Assembly (NCBI GenBank): GCA_050084515.1 | Contig: CM114271.1 | Coordinates: forward strand, 26,908,001-26,972,000 | DNA from: Blasia pusilla | Lineage: Eukaryota | Length of the DNA stretch: 64,000 bases | Direction: 5' to 3' | Shown here: one piece after another, positions 58,578-64,000 of the stretch | Numbering within the stretch: position 1 is the first letter of the stretch | Layout of the letters: every line of letters starts with the position of its first letter | Notes under the pieces: model-generated | What the model was told of the DNA's origin: nothing | Databases searched by the model: none | What the model saw: only the letters and a program-made list of their open reading frames with translations | Translations under genes and position numbers: made by a program

Positions 58578-60709
58578 ACTTGTAGGCTTGCAGTACATGT
58601 TGTGTGGATTAGCTAGAGGCATAGCCAATCTACTAGTCTACGATGGTTGTTAGAGAGGATGGCACATGATATGTTCCATGCCAAATTTTTCTAGAAGTCC
58701 TCATGGATGATGGTTGTGCCCAGATGTATAAAAGATAGGTGGTTAGACATTTAGGCTAGTTTGAGTGGGATGGATGACAAGGCAATTAACGATGGGACCA
58801 CAAGAGCATCTGACCTTCTTGTTCTTAGCATCTTAGAGATGTATATCACACGTACAAAGAGACAAATGACTATATGGAGTTAGAGAGACGTAAACACCAT
58901 CGCGTCAATGGCATAGAGAGTCAGCGGGTTGTTCGGATGTAACTTCGTCTTGAGATGTCAGATGAGGTTGACAACATGTTTGTTGTGTTCGGAACGTCGT
59001 TTATGACGATTTTCCTATTTTGGTTTTAGTCTGTCAGGTGCCCCGTTGACCGAGTCAATGGTCACCCGGTAACTTGTGCGCGCAGGTTACCCTTGGTAGG
59101 GCTATTTTTTGGGGAAGAGCCTTTTGGCTCTTCCCAATGGTATAAGAGTGAGGAAGATGGCTTTTCCAAGCCATCTTGCTCATGTTCAGCCTTAGGAGCG
59201 TCTCTCTTGCATAGACGTGTGTGGATGTGTAGGAGTTAGGGTGCTAGCGTATGTTAATACCTATAAGTATTACAACTTCTAATCTACTTCTATGTGTCAT
59301 TTATAGTTCATCGGTCAATATTGATGCTTAATCCATTATGCTTGCCACTTCTTCATGACCACTATCTACATCACTTAAGGCCCAAGATACACTTTCACAA
59401 TGCATATATGAATAGCCCAAACCAAGAGGGAATTCATTAGGAACTAAACTCTCATAGGTAGAGTTTCAATCTCTCTCATGCTCTACCTCTTGATCAATTA
59501 CGTCTTGATCTCTCTCTCTCTCTCGATAGTGGGTCAAGGGGACCTCCCTAATCCCAACCTATAATAGTGGATCAAGGGAACTTTCCTAAATTATAAATTC
59601 AACTACTCAAAGTAGGTAACTTACATGAAATGGTAAGTTCCTCAATTTAACTCTAAATAAGCCCAAAACAAAGGTAATCTACACACTCAAGTTACTCTAG
59701 TCTCTCATGGATCATCTTATGACCCCACCCCCCACTCAATTACGATTGATTTCCCAACATAAGGCTTCTTAAATTTTTTTCTATCGAGTTGACATTATAA
59801 TCAAAGAGGAATCACTTAGAATACTTACAAATTGCTTGGAAAGACCAAATATTGAAAATTGAAATTGGGGAAGAGGGATGATTCACATAAAAAATTGGCA
59901 AAAATGGCTTTGATTAGTGTTGTAATGATCCGATGTGTATCGAATCCAATTTCAAGCAAGCTAGGAGGACCTGTTTATCTTTGTAGCACTAGCTACCATG
60001 ATTAAAGGGACACGACATATGTTGGAGGAACAAGATGAAGCACTCCAGTAGGAAGAGGGGTTTTAGCTCCGTTAGGGGAAGACATGACAACATAGTGGCA
60101 ATAATAACATGGAAAAAGATTTTTTTTAAAAAGAGGATGGATGGAATGAGGGTTGAATAGATGAATCTACTCAATGCAAGCTAAGAGGATGAAGTGGCTA
60201 TGTACAAAAATATATGACCCATGATCAATCACAGTCGCTCACCCCATTGTTTGCAACCAGAGTTTATTGACGCAACTTAGAAAAATACTTTGCTCATTAG
60301 TGATTGAAAAATTAAAGAGATTAAGAGAGAGACATGGACTTATTTTTTGAAAAAGAACAATGGAGGAGAACATAAACTGATATCGGGAAAATGGCTTGGT
60401 ATAATGATTTCACAAGTTTTTTAAAAAAAAACTAGTAATTCAAGAGTGTAAATTGGTTTTTTTTTTCTCTTCTAACTAATAAGTTATCCATAAGGGCGTA
60501 CGCACATACCCTTACTGGCAACTTATTAGTTAGAAAGACCTTCTCTTGATAATTTTCTATTTACTACGTGAGAGACATCTAAAAAAAAGAGGACAACAAT
60601 GCACGTGTGAGGCCATAAGGGAATGCATCCTCTAAACTAATTTAGATGATTAGAACAATCTCTTGGACTCTTGCAGAGATAGCATTTTATGGAACCGGAT
60701 ACTAAAAAT

Positions 60710-60740
60710 ACTAGTATGATGCCCACGCTATGCATGGATG
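60710..60740 (-). mobile_element. Helitron-like 3' terminus
   Basis: Minus strand reads ccatgcatagcgtgggc-atcata-CTAG|t, the same pattern as at 21142. Confidence 0.45.
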
Positions 60741-62316
60741 AGGGGAAAAACTTTTTCATCCTTTAAATCTTTGGTCCTCTTAATTTAACTACTTAAGTCT
60801 AACACATATCCACAATAGAAGAAGTTTGAAAAAATCGATTTTGAAGAATTTTCTGATCTCATCCTCTCTTAATAATATACTTGTATATACTCCTCCATAC
60901 CACCATACTATTAGGGGTTTAACATGGCACACAAGTCTATGGGAGTTTCATATCCACCATATGAAGGCAGAAACTATCATAAAGCAAGAGGTTTGGCAAA
61001 GGAAAACCCCGGTAAATAAGCAATATGGCGTAAGTCAATAGATGGTTTCGGATCCTCGTTGCAAAACGAGGACTACATGATCTTTAAGTCTAAGAGGTGA
61101 TATATTTTGCAAAACGAGGACGTCAAAGTCTTTCAATTTAAGAGGTGTTGTATTTCACGCAAAGTGCGAAGTAAATAGTCAAGGAATATGATTGGACGTC
61201 CGAAAGTGAGGAGGTGAACATCTTCCAAAAAGTCATAAACATCCGACTGCAAGCATTTATTGCCTGTAAGGGCAACTTCAACACGAGCAGCCTCGCCCGT
61301 CAAATGGACCTAAAGAATGAGCAAGAGAATTCAAACTCAAATTTCCGTGCCCGCACCCTACAACCGACCCTTCTACCCTACCATCGACATTTGATAACAT
61401 GCAAGAGGCTTTGATATTTATCGATCAAATATAAATTTTTCACCTGCCCAAACCTTGTTACCCGACTTATAGGCAATAATTGGGAATATCAAAGATCACC
61501 CTCAAAGGAATAGCCTAAGTGAAGGTATAAGACCCGAGATTAGCCTTTATTTTCTTATGGAAGAAAGGGGTCAACAATTTCATAGAGAGACTATAAAATT
61601 TAGAATTATGAAATACATTTATTACTAGAAACTAATCCAAAAAAAATGAAAGGAGAACTTGAAGCCCCTCCGAAATATCAAACGGGAAGTTAAAGAGCTA
61701 CCCATTTTGGACCCAAGAAAACTCCGCTAGGCAAGTCGAGGTGACCATGAACTCCCAGTTAGGGGATCTAGTAGTAAGATGTTTATATGTTTCGCATCTC
61801 CCTCCTCCGTCACCCCGCATGTCACCACCCTCTCCTCCACCATGTTAAGCTCAATCTTTTCAAATAGAACAAACACATGGGCCAATGTGGATGAATCATC
61901 ACTCACAAGAGTAGTTCAAAAATCCACAAATATAAGATGGGCAAGACCTCCCTGACCATGAATTAAATTCGAGATGCCATGGGGATGGCAATATGGAAGT
62001 GGACCAAAAGCCATCCAAGGAAGATTGTTTGGGGTTCCCGAAGGTCCGCAAGTTGTTCCTCGTCGCACAGGAAAGGACCGCAAGCACTCATAGTAATCCT
62101 CAAGGGCGGTTGCCATGGATTTCAACTTGCTAGAGGGAAGAATAGATCACCGATGGATAGAAAACAGCGCCAATGGACACAAAACCTCGGGTGAGATGTC
62201 TCACTTTACCGAAATCCAGAAGTCGCCGTTGTTATAAAGAGATGGGGATCCCCACAAAGAAGTCGCAATGGCGTAGTTGTCCCAACAACAACTACGCATT
62301 CAGAACATGCCTCCAT

Positions 62317-63801
62317 TTACATCGGAAAGAAGAACATGTGAATTCTTATTTGTGTCCTATTATAGCCATACAACTCGGGTAAATACTTCAATGGCAACAT
62401 AGACTGCGTGACGTCGACCACCTCCAGGCCTGCTTGAAATGCAAAGCTGAAGTAAGTGTCCAGAGTAGTCAGGTTCCTAATCTCTGTAGCTATGTATGCT
62501 ACAGGACCAGAATCTCCATTCTCTTCGTCATTAAGATCGTCGGGAACAACGTCAGCGGCTAGTTCTCGTTGGTCCATAAGCTTGCTCTTTCTGTCCGAAT
62601 CCTTCGGATGCTTGGAGGGCGGTGCTTCCATGAAAAGCGATGAATCAGATCCTCGAAGGTGCTTTGAGCCACCGTGCTTGAAAATTGACTTCCGTCGTAG
62701 AAGGCCAGCCAAGACACGAATGAGGTTGGGTACATCCATTGGGTTGTATATGAGGTCCGCTCCGAAGCTGAGACCAGACGCAAAGATTTTCCCTCAGTCC
62801 CATCAAAGCATCTTAAATTTGGAAGTAGACCAATACCAGGATTCACGTAGAGGAGACTCTTGTTATACTTCGTAACATGCACACATTCAAAACGAACTCT
62901 CTTACATGACTTGGGCGTTGAAGGCGTTGATCTCTTCCTCAGAGACCGTCTCCCACAGCAACTGTTGACAGTGGACCTGCCCATAGAATGGCGTCAAATA
63001 TGAGGGACGCTGTGTTCCTAATTTCTTGGGAAAACAAAGACTGATAAGAAACCTATAAGAACCAGTAAGGATATGAAAACGATGAAATTGGCAACAGCAA
63101 GTGGCAGTTGAATCAGAACTAGATCTTCCAGTATTTGGATTCATTAGAAACTATCAAACTTACTAGGTTATTTCCCGTTCCTTGAGTAAGAGTCGGTTTA
63201 TCCTCGATGAAGCCCTGAACACCATTGATGGCCAAGTTGTGCCGCAGATTTGCAAGAGCTGCTAGAGAACCATCCGTTAGTACCACCTGCACAAGATAAC
63301 ATGCTATGAGCATGTATTTTTCCTCATGCCAAGGAGGTACCAATGTCATAATTCTTCTCTTGCGGCAAAGAAGTAAAATGCAACACGAGGGCGTCAACCT
63401 GAGCTGCTACACTCGCATGGTCAATGGATCTTGTTAAAAAGCATTGCACGGAAAATTTTCTCCAACCTTTGAAGGATGCAACCGGCTGAGCCAAATTCCA
63501 CACATTCCTGTTCCCGAACCCAGCTGCAGACACGTGATTAAGATGGTCAGTCGCCATCAACCCCTCTCAACACTACTTCCCAATCATACAAGGAATCGAG
63601 GAAATAAGTTTCACAGCGCACCGCCAGTCGGAGAAACTCAACGAATTCATACGATCCCGCTTATTTCTCTAAACCTTCAATTGGTCGCAAATTGAAAAGA
63701 GGATGACGAAAGGCACCTCCAGGCATGACTTTCCAAGTACTACTTCAGGATGGGTGAGCAGAAACTCCGAGAGAAAGAGCCCAGCGGGCCACAAGGCACA
63801 T
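62317..63801 (-). CDS. Protein-lysine N-methyltransferase of the Methyltransf_16 family (EEF2KMT/FAM86-like), 3' part; 5' exons not identified in the window
   Basis: Minus-strand exons 63801-63717, 63523-63467, 63286-63164, 62976-62906, 62767-62317 splice in frame. They give CALWPAGLFLSEF, motif I CLELGSGTG, VVLTDG, and FGADLIYNP (DxxY motif). Confidence 0.85.
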
Positions 63802-64000
63802 CTGCAAATCCATGACTGTAGGAAGATTACTCAACTGAAAATATTCTTCAAAATTCTGAGCTCACACAGATGATAATCGGAAGACTAAAAGGAGAACGAT
63901 CTGTAGGAAGATATGCCAGGAGAGTAGTCTGCATCAAGTCTTAAAGAACGAAACATTGATGCTAAACTGGGTAGACAACGACAGGAAGAGGTCCGCACCC

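Larger units (their letters stand above)
47820..59250 (+). mobile_element. Older, degenerate family-2 retroelement interrupted by the younger element
   Basis: Family-2 left end tgtcacatcttattttgacgtagg at 47820. Decayed integrase core at ~48050-48866 aligns with ~56900-57670. A decayed PHD region resumes at 58582-58730. A family-2 A-repeat fragment lies at ~58897-59250. Confidence 0.75.

Overview
Eukaryotic, intron-rich land-plant genomic DNA; a bryophyte/moss is my inference from gene style and TE content, not something the sequence proves. It holds four host genes: the 3' part of a multi-RRM RNA-binding protein (+, 85-3065), a complete 16-exon glutathione reductase (+, 12717-19968), a 5-exon DWF1/DIMINUTO-type sterol C24 reductase (-, 36958-33157), and the 3' part of an EEF2KMT/FAM86-like lysine methyltransferase (-, 63801-62317). 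The rest is largely transposon-derived, including a non-autonomous CACTA element with a clean 3-bp TSD. The standout is a 9.7-kb Ty3/gypsy-like retroelement (48867-58577, 4-bp TSD ACTT). Its polyprotein reads gag - protease - C5 DNA cytosine methyltransferase (DNMT3-like) - RT - RNase H - DDE integrase - PHD finger. Its ends are not ordinary LTRs but split direct repeats (A1-coding-B1-A2-B2) with an internal end-to-end junction. A second, sequence-divergent family in the window (24283-25679, plus fragments at ~10.7 kb and ~47.8-59.2 kb) shows the same architecture and keeps a methyltransferase motif I remnant. All calls come from manual reading and translation; no database searches were run.
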